Position numbers and translations under genes: made by a program. Shown piece by piece: positions 28,271-42,394 of a DNA stretch of 64,000 nucleotides (position 1 is its first letter; each line of letters opens with the position of its first letter). A model generated the notes under the pieces. The model saw nothing but the letters and a program-made list of their open reading frames with translations, was not told the origin of the DNA and did no database searches. This DNA comes from the human T2T-CHM13v2.0 reference genome, Homo sapiens: the NCBI RefSeq assembly GCF_009914755.1, contig NC_060936.1; one strand, written 5' to 3'.

Positions 28271-29139
28271 ATGCAAAAAGGTTACTATGAAGTATACACA
28301 AAGCAATAGCAAAGTTTATACAAAATAGTAGCAAATTTTACACAGATTTAGGGCTTGATCCAGCTAAAATTTAACTGTTTTACACATACTAAATCTATTA
28401 ATCAGAACATGCCTATAAAGTAGGGACCTACCTTTTTCTGATGAAAAAGAAGATGAAATAATTTCCCAAGACCACAAAGCTAGTAAAGTCACTGAGCTGA
28501 GGACTGGTGCTGATCTATCTTCATCAGTATGGTGTAATACCACTTCTCGAGAAAGAAACAGACTGAAGTTGATTTCCAAAGATGTTTTATACTGAAAGAA
28601 TTCCTATTTCAGGTTCAGTCTATGTGATTCTTAATTATAAGTCATGTTTATTAAGGCAGCTTAACTTAGTTTCTGTTGCTTGCAGCCAAATGACCCTATT
28701 TATAGTACAAATGGCCAGTATGGAGAGAAGACTCTGGAACTAAGTAGTAGCCTAATGCTCAGAACAGAAGCCTGAGCAGGGTCAGATTATCAGGAAAGAA
28801 AAGCTGATGCTGAGTATAAATATGAGAGACTAGAGAGACATGGAATCTGGGCACAACCAGTTGGTCAGAGTCAAATTATTTCTGTTATGAAAAGGAAAAA
28901 TTAGTAGTGGCTTGAAATCAAATTCAACCTGATAGTGGAATTAAAATCTCAAAATACTAGATGGAACTCTTGCCAGCTAAATAGCTGCTGAAAACTAGAT
29001 TAAATGAACTTTGCCTTCAATTTAATGAGCAAAAGTAATCATATTGCTGACATAGGAATTTTACTGCTTTGGCTATGCTATTTTTTGTAGTATTATTAGT
29101 TACAGGTTCATGATCTGTCAACATTTTAAAAATGTAAAG

Positions 29140-29340
29140 TTTTGGAGTTAAAATAGTTTGAGTCCCAATTTGCCAGTAGCTGAACCATTTGGACATGTCA
29201 CTGAGCAGCAGTTTCTTCATATATGGAGAGAAAAATACTTTCCTTGACACATGTAGAGAAGAACAAAATGAATAATGTGTAAATTAACTACTCCAATACC
29301 TCATTGGTGATTCTAAGTGGTTTATTATCATGTTACTATA
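29140..29340 (+). mobile_element. MIR
   Basis: tttgagtcccaatttgccagtagctgaaccatttggacatgtcact...cagtttcttcatatatgga. Confidence 0.55.
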
Positions 29341-29614
29341 ATATTTATGATTATCATTTCATATGTAAAGTATCCAAGCATACAGAAAAATTTCTGAAAT
29401 ATAACACTTAGTAAAATCAAGTTCCAGTTTTTTCACATATAATTATTTTATATAAGCTTGCTTCCTCATGGAAACCTTCACAATGGTAGAGTTTACAGGA
29501 TCTCTGAATTTTAGCAATAAGGTACTTCTCTACATTCTCAAATTTAATTTAAATATTCAAAGTTTATTGAGGCCTAGACTTATCTCTTTATTAATATCTA
29601 AAACCTAATCCTGT

Positions 29615-29729
29615 TAATCATATACAAACTCAAAAGTTTATATCATAATCATATACAAACTCAAAAGTTTGTATCATAATCATATACAAACTCAAAAGTT
29701 TGTATCATAATCATATACAAACTCAAAAG
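29615..29729. repeat. 31-bp minisatellite, about 3.7 copies
   Basis: Unit taatcatatacaaactcaaaagtttRtatca starts at 29615, 29646, 29677 and 29708 (partial). Confidence 0.97.
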
Positions 29730-29914
29730 AAGTTTTCTGGCTCAAGAAGCAAAGCAAAAACATACAAAATATGGTTTTCAAACCTCTTTTGTCACTAATT
29801 ATAAAAGTCTGTCTCTGTATCTGTGAGTCTGGGTGTGCTATGTTGTATGTATTATATGTGTATGAATGTGCTCTAAATGGTACTTCTGTGATATTAACAT
29901 ATAATCTAAACATC

Positions 29915-32900
29915 TTTTAATTAATGTAGATATTGTGTCATTTCCATCTGTTCACTTTTAAACCTATGTATGTTTTCTTGAATTATGTTTTACATGGCAT
30001 ATATCTGTTTTACTTTTTTATTTAATCTGACCATCATGACCTTTTAACTGTAGTGAGTGTTTAGATAATTTAATATGTAATGTAATTATTCATATGGTTA
30101 AGTTTATAGCACCTTATTCTTCACTGTCTATTTTTCTTATCTCTTATTTGTTCCCCTTTTCTTATTTTTCTGCCTTTGGATGAATTTGTACTTTTTATAA
30201 TGCCAGTTTAGCTCCTTTGCTGTTTGACTGTCTAACCAGTTAGTTTTGGAATTATAGGGCATACCTTTAACACAGTCTACCCTGAGTGCTATAGTACTAA
30301 AAACATAGTTTAAGAACCTTACATCAGTGGACTTCCATTTATCTTCTCCTGACCTTTATGACACTATTGTTATGTATTTTAGTTTTGCATATGTTATTAA
30401 CCCAACAATACATTTCTATTATTTTTATTTAGGCCATCACTTTCCTTTTAAAGAAACTTAAATGATTAAACAGTCACGTATTTAGCCATATAGGTATTTC
30501 CAAAGCTCTTTACTCTTTTGTAGACTTCCAGATTTCCAGCTGGTACCATTTTCTCTGATTGAGAGCTTTTCTTTAACATTTATCAGAGTACAGGTCTATT
30601 AGTGATGAAATCTCTCAGCTCTTTTATGTCTGAGAAAGGCTTTATTGTACCACTTTGTAAAATTTATATTTCCTGTATATAGAGTTCTAGGTTGGTAGAA
30701 GTTTTTTCTTTCAGTAATTTAATGATGTTAGTACACCCCCTCTTCTTGCTTATACTGTTTTCAACAAGAAATCTTCTGTCATCTTTATCTTTGTTTGCTA
30801 TATATAACATGATTTTTTTCATCAGGTTGTTTTTAAGATTTTCTTTTTATCACTCATTTTGAGTAACTTGATTATATTCCTTGATGTAGTTTCCTTCATA
30901 TTTCTTTTGCATAGAGCTTATTGAAATTTCTGAAAAATCTGAATTTACATATTTTATAAAATGTGGAATTCTGCAACTATTATTTCTCAATTTTTTTTTT
31001 TTGCTTTTCCTGTTTTTGCCTCTCCTTTATGGATCTTCATTACACAGACATTAGGCTGCATGAAGTTGTATACAGTTCACTTATGCTTTTGTATTTTTTT
31101 CCATTATTTTTCTCTGAGTGTTTTATTTTTGGAAATTTTATTGCTATGTCTTCAATTTCAATAAATTTTTCCTTTTCAATGTCAAATCTGCTGTTAATTT
31201 CATTCAAGTTATTTATCATCTTAAAATTTTTATTTGTTTCTCTTTTGTATGTCTTCTATATCTCTTCATAAGCATTTTGACATAATTATTTTTATCCTTT
31301 TCTACTAAATCTAACATCTAGATCAGTCCTCAGTTTTGATTAATTGATTTTTTCTCCTCATTATGAGTTATTATTGTCCTGAATCTTTGCATGCATGATC
31401 ATCTTTAATCAGATGTCAAACATTACAGATTTTCACCTTGCTAGGTACTGAATACTATTTTTTTCTATAAATATTATTGAGCATTATCCTGAGATGCATG
31501 TAAGTTACTTTGAAACAGTTTGATCATTTTCTGCCCTGCTTTTTTTTTTTATCTGTGATTTTCTATTTATTAGAATCTTACTAAAAGGTACTGAAGTGAA
31601 TTTTACAAAAATAAAAATTCAAATATATTTTATCTTCCCATTCCGGTAAAACGTTTTATCTCAAAGCTAGTTATCTCTAAAATGTTATGTATTTCTATTA
31701 CATCTGGAATTAACATAACAAAAGTAGTTAAATGCAAAAGCAGAAAAAATGTAATACATTTATTTTCTTCTGCAAAAACATGTAACATGAATGATGATTG
31801 CTCTAGCTACCTCGTTTTATAATAATCCAAATATTTCTATATTGCACATCATAAATACTACCATCATTTGAAATATTTTGTAATACATGTAATCTCTTTG
31901 CCAAAAGGTTAAGAAAATCACCTCACACATAATTATCAGGACCTATTTACCGCCAACTGAACATAATTATTGAAATCACAAGAACACAGATTTGAGAGGA
32001 ACCCCAACAGGTTATCTAGTTCATAGTCTAATTTCTTCAAGGGCATACTTTATTTATTGATTGATTGATTTTTAGATTTACTTCTTTCCAATATGTATGC
32101 CTTTAATTTGTTCTTCTGGTTTCATTGGCTAGAGCTTCCAGTATAATATGGACCAAAAGGGGAAAGTGCGGGCCATCCTTGCCTTCTTCTTTTAAATATA
32201 TATTTTTTGTATTTCAATAGCTTTTGGGGAACTAGTGGTTTTTGGTTACCTGGATAAATTGTGTAGTGGTGAAGTCTGAGATTTGAGTGTACCCATCACC
32301 TAAGTATCATGTGTTGTTCCAAATAGGTTTTTTTCTCTCTGTCTCTCACCTGCTTTCCACCCTCTCCAGTTCCGCATCTTCAATGTCTATTATAGCACTT
32401 TGTATGCCTCTGCATATCCATAGCTTAGCTCTCACATATAAGTGAGAACATATGATATTTTGTTTTCTATTCCTGAGTTATCTCACTTAGAATAATGTGT
32501 GCCTTGCTTTTCTAAGGTTTGCTTGAACAAACCTTAAACACTGACAGAGCAGAGTTTAGCTTAAGGTGAACTATTCACCACGATGAAGGCAAGCCTTATC
32601 TCAGCACTCTGCTTAAAGCCCTGTGAATTATGAGATTTTCTAGTCTGGCTAGTGGGAACATGCACTATTCCTGGCCCCATAAGAGCATCGTGTATTCTTC
32701 CTCTAGTACTTTCATGTTTCTGTCCCTGCCTGTGCATAGTTTTCTCACATACATGCATTCATCTCTGTTGAATACCCCTGAAGATCTCTAAGAATATTTT
32801 GTGCAGCTCCAGCCTCTACTGTTCTTTGTCTTGTGAACTCTGGATGCTTTCATGTCCTGGGACTTTATCCCCATCGCCTCAATGCTGGGAGCCACATTAG

Positions 32901-33098
32901 GCTCTGTCTTCCTTCACACTTTCCATGTACTGTGGCCTGGAATCTGTCTCTCTCAAGACATTCAGTTGGGGAAATTGTGAGGTTCATCTCACTTATTTCC
33001 CATTTCCCAGTAAGCATTGTCCTTCATTGTTATTTTGTGTTTCAGACAAGGTAGTAGATATGGTCCCTGATACTCTATTTTGGGTAGAAGTGGAAGTC
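29915..33098 (-). mobile_element. Old L1M (L1MC/MD-type) 5' half: 5' UTR, ORF1 and ORF2 start
   Basis: Minus strand begins gacttccacttctacccaaaatagagtatcagggacc (L1M 5' end) at 33098; antisense ORF1-like sequence about 30500-31300; interrupted at 31544-32497. Confidence 0.75.
31540..32497 (-). mobile_element. 5'-truncated L1PB-like 3' end with about 640-bp 3' transduction
   Basis: Antisense L1PB/MA 3' UTR at about 32190-32497; unrelated sequence 31551-32190; T11 at 31540-31550; TTTATT at 31566-31571; flanking repeat tctgccctgctttt / tgtgccttgctttt. Confidence 0.7.
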
Positions 33099-33324
33099 TT
33101 GTATATATATCAGTGAGTTTTTTTTTTCAACCTTTATTTTGAAATAATACATTCGCAGGAAGTTGCAAATAAATGTACAGGGACATTCAGTGTACCCTTC
33201 ACCCAGCTTTCCACAGTGTTAACATCCTGCATAACTGTACAATACAAAACAAAAAAATTAGCAAGGATGCAATCCACAGAGTTTATTTACATTTCACCAG
33301 TTATATATGCATTCCTGTGTGTGT

Positions 33325-33327
<3 letters not shown>

Positions 33328-33357
<30 letters not shown>
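33328..33357. repeat. (TG)15 microsatellite
   Basis: Read directly. Confidence 0.98.
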
Positions 33358-33360
<3 letters not shown>

Positions 33361-33406
33361 CTCTATGCAATTTTAGCACATGTGTATCTTGAAATAAGCA
33401 TCATAT

Positions 33407-33705
33407 GGCCAGGCGCGGTGGCTCACACCTATAATCCCAGCACTTTGGGCGGCAGAGACGGGTGCATCATCTGAGGTCAGGAGTTCAAGACCAACCTGGC
33501 CAACATAGTGAAATCCCGTCTCTAGTAAAAACCCAAAAATTATCTGTGTGTGGTGGTGCACGCCTATAGTCCAGCTACTCAGGAGGCTGAGGCTGAAGAA
33601 TTGTTTGAACCCAGGAGGTGGAGGTTGCAGTAAGCCAAGATCTCACCACTGCACTCCAGCCTGGGCAACGGAGTGAGACTCCGTGTCAAAAAATAAAAAA
33701 TAAAA
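33407..33705 (+). mobile_element. AluSx-like
   Basis: ggccaggcgcggtggctcacacc... full dimer with (A)nT tail, inside L1MC. Confidence 0.95.
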
Positions 33706-36604
33706 AATAAAGCACCATCACAGTCAAGATATTTTACTGTACTATCACCACAAGACTCCACCATGCTTTTTTAGTTGAAACCACCCCTCCTCCATCCTTA
33801 ACCCTTCGAATGCTCAATCTATACTCAATCTTTACAGGTATGTTATTTTGCAAATGTTATATAAATGTAATATGGGTATATGTCTATGTCCATTGAGATT
33901 GGCTATTTCATACAGCATAATTTTCTTGAGATTCATCCAAGTTGTGACTATTAATCATTTTTCCTTTTTATTATTGAAAGGTATTTTACAGTATGGATAT
34001 ACTACATTTTACTTAACCGTTCACCCAGTGAAGAATGTTTAGCAGTTATCCGGTTTGAGTTATCATACTAAAGCTATAATGAATATTCACATACAAGTTT
34101 CTGCATGAAAATAAGTCTTTATTTCTCTAGAATAAACGTGCAAATGGGAAACTGCTGGATCACATGGTAAATACATTTTTAGTTTCAAAAGGAACTGCCA
34201 AATTATTTTCTAGAGTTCTTCTAACATTTTTTATTCCCATAAGCAATGTGTGAGTGATTCCATTTCTCTGCATTCTTGTCAGCATTTGGTCTTATCCCTA
34301 TTTTTTATTTTAGTCATCTGGTAGGTATGTAGTAATTTCTCATTGTGATTTTAATTTTGCTTTTACAAATGGCAAATGAAGAACATATCTTCAAATATTT
34401 ATTTTCCACCTGAATAACCTCTTCAATGTAATATCTATGTATGTCTTTTGCCCACTGTCAAATTAAAATATTAGGATTTTTTAATGTTGACTTTTGAAAA
34501 TTCTTTACATATTATAGATAAAAGTTGTTTGTCAGATATATGATTTGAAAATATTTTCTTCCCATCTGTAATTCGCTTTTATCCTTTTAACAGGATCTTT
34601 TGCAAAGTAAAAGTTTTTAATTTTGTTGAGGTCTAACATCAATATTTCCTTTTATGAATTGTGCTTTTGGTGTCATCTAGGAATTCTATGACCAGTCACA
34701 GGTCTCAAAGATTTTCTCTTTCTTCTGCTGCAAATTTTATATTTGTTCTTTTTACATTTAATTCCATGATTCATTTTGAATTAATTCTTATATGAGGTGT
34801 GAGGCTTACATTGAGGTTCATTTGTGTTTGTTTTGTTTTTACTATACATGCCCACTTATTCCAGCACAATTTATTGAAAAGTCTCTTTTCTTTTATTGAA
34901 TTGTTTATGCACCTTTGTAAAAATCACTTGACTATATATTTGTGGTTACCTTCTGTGTTTTCTGTTAGATTCTATTGATGTATGTGTCTCTCCCTCTGCC
35001 AATATCACATTATCTTGACTACCATACCTACGTAGTAAACCTTAACTTCAGAGAGTGATTCTTCCCACTTTATTCTTCTTTTAAAAATTGTTTTAGCCAT
35101 TCTAGAGCCTCTCTTTTAATATAAATGTATAATAAACTTGTCTATTTCTCCAAGATAACTTGCTAAGATTTTGATAGAAACTGCGTTGAGCCTATAGAAC
35201 AACATAGGAAAATTAACATCTTTACTATGTTCAGTCTTCCAATCTCTAAATATATCAATTATCATTCCAAACACCTTTTTCCAAAGGCAGAAATTTATTT
35301 TATACTATAAAAATAAAACAAATTTCAGAGATCTAGTTAATACTCATAAGAGCATTTATATTTGTTTTCTTAAAGAGATTAAAATTCTAAACATGCTAGG
35401 CTATTTCTGTATAAATAAATATATTCACTTTTAGCTCAATGGCTTTATAATTTTGTGTCTTTTTTTACCTTAGTAATAAAGTGTTCAAACTGAAATTTTC
35501 TTTGAAGGTAATTTTTAGGGGTTTTTTTTTTAATAGCAATTTGCTATGAGCAAGGTACTGCGGGAAGTTATACAGAATATCTCTTCATAATATGTCATCA
35601 TATTATTATACCTAGCTCTGTCTTGATTGCTCTACTAAAATTTAGATATATCTTCAGTATAATGTAATTACACAGTTAATATAAATAGAACTGCTAATCT
35701 TAACATACTATAGCAGACATGGTAATGTTTCACATTGTTCAAATACATTTTTAAAAGCTCTTTTATAAAACATGAAAAAAGCACTTTAGAAAGGAAATGT
35801 GGCATATTTCTGAATATGTCTTAAATTGCTTAAGTGAAAATTAGCAGATATTGTATATTTTCTTGAAATACATAGAGAAATTTAATGGAATGTGAAAAAA
35901 GGTAAGCAGAAATTGAATAAGATCAGTAAAATAGATGGATCATATGGTTAGCTCTTAATATTCTTAAGGAGAAGGTTTGGATAACAACTATGTCATTGTC
36001 ACTAAACTTTTTCTTACGCAGGCTTATAATATTAAGTATATTGAAATTTAATGTGATAAATGAACAACCTGTCCGAATGATTTTGACTAAAAAATGTAAT
36101 ATTATTAATCATACTTTTTGAAAGCCCAATATTTTTAATATAATTCCAATAAAATAATGTGAACCTTTCCCTTTGAGCTACATTTAACATCTATCACTTT
36201 TTATTTTAAAGTTAAATTATTTACAACTAAAATACAGAACAAAAATATTGTTCCTTTCGTTATCCTAGGCTGTTATTTTTTTCTCTAAAAAATGGGAAAA
36301 TAATCTATGGGGCTAGAAAATAGCTATACTTATAGAGATAGGTATAAATATATTTCTAATTCAAAGTAGCAGCTTCTATTTATGTAGAATAATTACACAA
36401 AATAAGTGTGTTGATTATCTCTCTTCTTGGGCTTTTATAATTAAAAATGAGCTTACAAATCTGATATACTTGATACATCAAAAATATGATGTATTTGGTA
36501 CTATAATAAGGGACTCTTTTTCTATTCTCTCAATGATTACCCCAGGATCTCTATGTTATGTTACTTTTTGTAAATCTTATTTATATAAACATTCATATTG
36601 AATG

Positions 36605-39600
36605 TATGCCGGACCCTGCCATCTCACCGTCACTGGTGTACAAGCATGTAAACCAATCCTGCTGCTTTGTTGACAGTGTGCATGTGTAAGTGTGGATCTC
36701 ACAGCCACTGCACTGATGAAGCACTGTTGCTGGAATCCATCATTAGAGTATTGTTGCTAGCAGACTAGGAACACTTTGCTCCCTCATGGATAGCAGGTGT
36801 ATACATTTGAGGAGTCAGAGAACAAAGTAATGGGCCTATGGGCCTAGTCCCAGTCCTGCAGAGCACTCCCAGGAGTGCTGAGCTGAGCCTTGCCCCCTTG
36901 AAATTATCCAGAAACCAAACCAGTTAATTAAAGCCAACTTATACTACAGTTAAACTGTCGGAGGCATCAAAGAATTAAGAACAACAAATCCCATCCAAAG
37001 AACAGCACCTTCAAAAATTGAAGGAACATTATCCCACACAGATGAGAAAGGGTGAGTGCAAGAACTCTGGCAACTCCGAAAGCCAGAGTTCTTATCTCCA
37101 AACAACCACAAAGCTCTCCAGCAATGGTTCTTAACCCAGCTGAAATGGCAGACACAGAATTCAGAATTTGGATGGCAACAAAGATAATCAAGATTCAGAA
37201 GAAAGTTGAAACCCAATCCTAAGAATCTAAGGGATCCAATAAAATGACACAAAAACTGAAAGACAAAATCACCAATTTAAGAAAGAACCAAACTGATCTT
37301 CTAGAGCTGAACAATTCACTACATAAACTTCATAATAAAATCAGAAGTATTAACAGCAGAATACACCAACCTGAGGAAAGAATCTCAGAGCTCAAAGACT
37401 GGTTTCTTGAATCAACTTAGACAAAAATACAGAATAAAAAAGAATGAACAAAATCCCTGAGAAATGTGGGATTATATACAGAAACCATACCTATGACTCA
37501 TTGGTATTTCTGAAAGAGAGAGAGAAAGATCAAACAAAGTGGAAAACATATTCAAGAATATTATTCAAGAAAATTTTCCCAACCTTAATAGAGAGGTCAA
37601 CATTCAAATTCAGGAAATTCAGACAACCCCTTTGAGATACAATATAAGATGACTATCTCCAAGGCATAAAGTCATCAGTGTCTCTAAGGTCAACATGAAA
37701 GAAAAAATATTAAAGGCAGCTAGACAGAAGAGGCAGATGACTTGCAAAGGGAACCCTATCAAGCTTATGGAGGACCTTTCAGCTGAAACCCTACAAGCAA
37801 GAAGATAATGGAGGCCTATATTCAGCATTCTTACAGAAAACAAATTTCAACCAAGAAGTTCATATTCAGCAAAACTAAGCTATATAGGTGGAGAAGAAAT
37901 AAAATATTTTTCAGAAAAGCAAATGCAAAGGGAATTTGTTACCACCAGACCTCCTTATAAGAGAACCTTAAGGGAATACTAGACATGGAAATGAAAGACT
38001 GTTACCAGCCACCACAAAAACGCAATTAGGTACGGAGACCATTGACACTATAAAACAACTATATGATCAAATTTATATAACAACAAGCTAACAGTATGAT
38101 GACAGGATCAAATCTAGATGTTTCAATATCAACCTTGAATTAAAATGGTCTAAATACCCTGCTTAAAATGCATGGAGTGGCAAGTTGAATAAAGAAGTAT
38201 GGCAAGGCACAATGGCTCATGCCTGTAATCCCAGCACTTAGGGAGGCCAACATGGTTGGATCACCTGAGCTCAGGAGTTTGAGACCAGCCTGGCCATGAT
38301 GGTGAAACCCTGTCTCTATGAAAAATACAAAAATTAGCCAGGCATGGTGGTGCACACCTGTAGTCCCAGCTACTCAGGGGGCTGAGGCATGAGAATCGCT
38401 TGAAAGTGGGAGGTGGAGGTTGCAGTGAACTAAGATAGTGACACTTCATCCAGGCTGGATGAAAGAGTGAAACTCTGTCTCCAAAAAAAATTTAAAAATT
38501 AAAAATAAAATAAAAAAGAAGGGAGACCCAACTGTGTGCTGTCTTTAGGAGACCCATCTCACATGAAATGGCATCCATAGGCTCAAAGTAAAGATATAGA
38601 GAAAAGTCTACCAAGACAAAGGAAAGCAAAATAGACCTGGTGTTGCTACTCTAATTGCAGACAATACAGACTTTACACCAGCTACGATAAAAAAAGAACA
38701 TTACATAATAAAAAGGATTCATTCAACAAGAAGAATTAACTGTCCTAAATATATATGCACCCAATGCTAGAGCACTCAAATTCATAAAACAAGCTCTTGC
38801 AGACCTATGAAGAGACTTATATAATCATCCAATAATAATGGGAGACTTCACACCCCACTGAGAGTATTAGACAGACTATTGAGGCAAAAAACTAACAAAG
38901 ATATTCAGGACCTAAAACTTGATGCTTGACCAAATGAAACTAATAGACATCTACAGAACACTCCATACAACAGGATATACATTCTTCTCATCTGTGCATG
39001 GCACATAATCTAACATTGACCACATGCTCAGCCATAAAATAATTCACAACAAATTTTAAAAAATAAAATCATACCAACCATTCTCTAGGACCACAGCACA
39101 ATAAAAACAGAAATCAATAGTAAGAAGAGCTCTCAAAACCATATAATTACATGGAAATTAAACAACTGACTCCAGAATAACTTTTGGGTAAACAATAAAA
39201 TTAAGGCAGAAATAAAGAAATTTTTTGAAACGAATGAAAACTAATGAATAGATAAAACATCAAAATCTCTGGGACACAGCTAATGCAATGTTAATAGGAA
39301 AGTTTATAGCACTAAACACCCACATCAAAAAGTTAGAAAGAACTCAAATTAATAACATAACATTATACCTAGAGGAACTAGACAATAAGATCCAGCCAAC
39401 CCAAAAGCTAGTAGAATAAAAGGAATAACCAAAATCAGAGCTGAACTGAACTGAAAACGAGAGAAAATCCAAATAAACAGAATCAGAAATGACAAAATGA
39501 AGATAAACAATGACCCCAGAGAAATACAAAAATCCCTTAGAGACTTTTACCTTGATGCACCCCTCTATGCATACAAACTAGAAAATCTAGAAAAAAAATG

Positions 39601-42394
39601 GATAAATTCCTATAAACATCAACTTCCCTGGATTGAACCAGGAAGAAATTAAAACACTGAACAGACCAATAGTGAGTTCCAAAACTGAATAAGTAATAAA
39701 ATTCTACTAACCAGAAAAAGTCCTGGACCAGATGGATTAACAGACAATTGCTATCAGACAAATGAAGAAGAGCTAGGACCAGTCCCATTGAGATTACTTC
39801 AAACAACTGAAAAAGAGAGATTCCTTCCTAATTCTATATATGAGATCAGCATCATCCTGAAACCCATACCTGGCATAAAAACAATGAAAAGAAAATAAAA
39901 TCTCAGGCCAATATTCCTGCTGAACGCAGATGCAAAAATCTTCAACAAAATACTAACAAACAAAATCCAGAGGCACATCAAAGAGCTATTACAGCAAGGT
40001 CAAGTAGACTTTATTCCTGGAATGCAAGATTGGCCCAACATACTTAAATCAATAATGTAATTCATTACATAAACAGAACTAAAACAAAATTACCTTATCA
40101 TTTCAATAGATTCAGAAAAGGCTTTCAATGAAATTTAACATACTTTCATGGTAAAAATCCTCAAAAATATAGGCATCAGAGAAACATACCTCAAAATAAT
40201 AAGAGCCATCTGTGACAAACTTACAGCCAACAGCATACTGAATGAGCAAAAGCTGGAAGCATTTCCCCTGAGAACCAGAATAAAACATGGATGCTCACTA
40301 TCATTACTCCTATTTAACATAGTACTGGAAGTCCTAGCTACAGTAATTAGATAAGATAAAGAAATAAAAGGCATTCAAATAGGAAGAGATGAAGTCAAAC
40401 TGTCTCACTTGACAGATGATATAATACCATATCTAGAAAACCACAAAGTCTCAGCCCAAAAGCTCCTAGAACAGATAAACAACTTCAATAAAGAGTCAGG
40501 ATACAAAACCAATGTACAAAATTAACATTTCTATACACCGATATTATCCAGGCTGAGAGCCAAATAAAAAAATGCAATCCCATTCAGAATAGCCACAAAA
40601 AGAATAAAATACCTAGGAATACAGCTAAGCAGGGATATGAAAGATATCTACAATGATAATTTAAAAACACTGCTGAAAGAAGTCAGAGATGATACAAAGA
40701 AATGGAAAAACATTTGATGTTCATGGATAGGAAAAATCAGTATTGTTAAAATTTCCATACAGCCCAAAGAAATTTACACATTCAATGTCATTCCTATCAA
40801 ACCACCAATAACATTTTTCACAGAATTAGAAAAAGAACTATTCTAAAATTCAAATGGAACCAAAAAAGAGCACACATAGCCAAAAAAATCCTAAGCAAAA
40901 AAAATAAAAAATAAAATAAAATAAAATAATAAAAAACAAAGCTGAAGGTATCACACTACCTGACTTCAAACTATACTATTAGGCTACAGTATCCAAAACA
41001 GCATGGTACAGGTATAAAAACAGATCTGTAGACCAATGGAACAGATTAGATAACCCAGAAATAAATCCACACACCCACAACCATTTGATATTTGAGAAAG
41101 TCCACAAAAATAAGCGATGGAGAAAGAATCCACTATTCAATAAATAGTGCTGAGATAACTGGCTAACCACATGCAGAAGACTGAAACTGAACTCATTCCT
41201 TTCATCATATACAAAACTAACTCAAGATAAAGTCTTAAATATAAAATCTAGAAGTATAAAAACCATAGAAGAAAACCTAGGAAGTACGATTCTAAATATA
41301 GACCCTGGAAAGATTTCATGATGAAGACACTGAAATCCACTACAACAAAAACAAAAATTGACAAGTGGGACCTAATTAAACTAAAGAGCTTCTACACAGC
41401 AAAATAAGCCATCAACAGACTAAACAGCCTACAGAATGGGAGAAAATATTTGCAAAGGATGTATCTGACAATGGTCTAACTTCCAGAATCAATAAGGAAC
41501 TTAAACAAATCAACAAGCAAAAAAAAAAACTTCATTAAAAAATGGTCAAAGACATTAACAGACAATTCTCAAAAGAAGACATACACGTGACCAACAAGCA
41601 TATGACAACATGCTCAACATCACTAATCATTAGAGAAATGCAAACAAAAATCACAATGAGATACCATCTCACACCAGTCAGATTGCTATCATTAAAAAGT
41701 AAAAAAAACAGATGATGGCAAGGTTGTGAATAAAGAAGAGAATGCTTATACACTGCTGGTGAAAGTGTAGAATAGTTTAGTAACTGTGGAAAGCAGTTTA
41801 GAGGTTTCTCCAAGATCTAAAACAGAAATACCACTCAACTGAATAATTCCATTACTGGATATATATCCAAAGGAATATAAATCATTCTGCTATAAAGACA
41901 CATGCACACATACATTCATTGCAGCACTATTAACAACAGCAAAAATATGAACAACATAGACACCCATCAATAGTGGACTGGATGCAGAAAATGTGAGACA
42001 TACAGACCATGGAATACTATGCAGCCATAAAAAATAATGACATCATGTTCTTTGCAGCAACATGATAGAAGCAGAGACCATTATCTTAAGTGAATTAATG
42101 TGGAACAGAAAGCCAAATACCACATGTTCTCACTTATAAGTGGGAGCTAATCATTGATTACATGTGGACAAAAAGAAGGGAACAATAGATACTGGGGCCT
42201 ACTTGAGGGTGCAGGGTGGGAGGAACGTGATAATTAGAAAACTACCTATCAAGTACTATGCTCATTGCCTTGGTGATGAAATAATCTGCACAACAAATGC
42301 CCACAGTGCACAATTTACCCATGTAACTAACCTGTACATTCACCCACTGAACCTAAAATAAAAGTTGGAAGGAAGAAAATAAAGTAAAATAAAA
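36605..42394 (+). mobile_element. L1PA15/16-like, nearly full length and heavily mutated
   Basis: ORF1 ATG 37042, ORF2 ATGACAGGATCA 38099, short ORF with L1 RT peptide (40148-40354), 3' end ctgaacctaaaataaaagttggaagg plus A-rich tail. Confidence 0.88.
38201..38515 (+). mobile_element. AluS inside L1PA15/16 ORF2
   Basis: Full dimer; the L1 endonuclease sequence continues on both sides. Confidence 0.93.

Larger units (their letters stand above)
33117..35250 (-). mobile_element. L1MC (MC2-4-like) 3' UTR and ORF2 3' part
   Basis: tttattttgaaataatacattcgcaggaagttgcaaat...gtacccttcacccagctttcc followed by antisense ORF2. Confidence 0.8.

Noticed and set aside
29615-29729. CRISPR-like array (31-bp repeats with an internal hairpin)
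   Set aside because: Repeats are head-to-tail with no spacers, there are no cas genes, and the context is primate nuclear DNA
31785-31965. Box C/D snoRNA in the transduced segment (ATGATGA near 31792)
   Set aside because: No suitably spaced CTGA D box with a terminal stem
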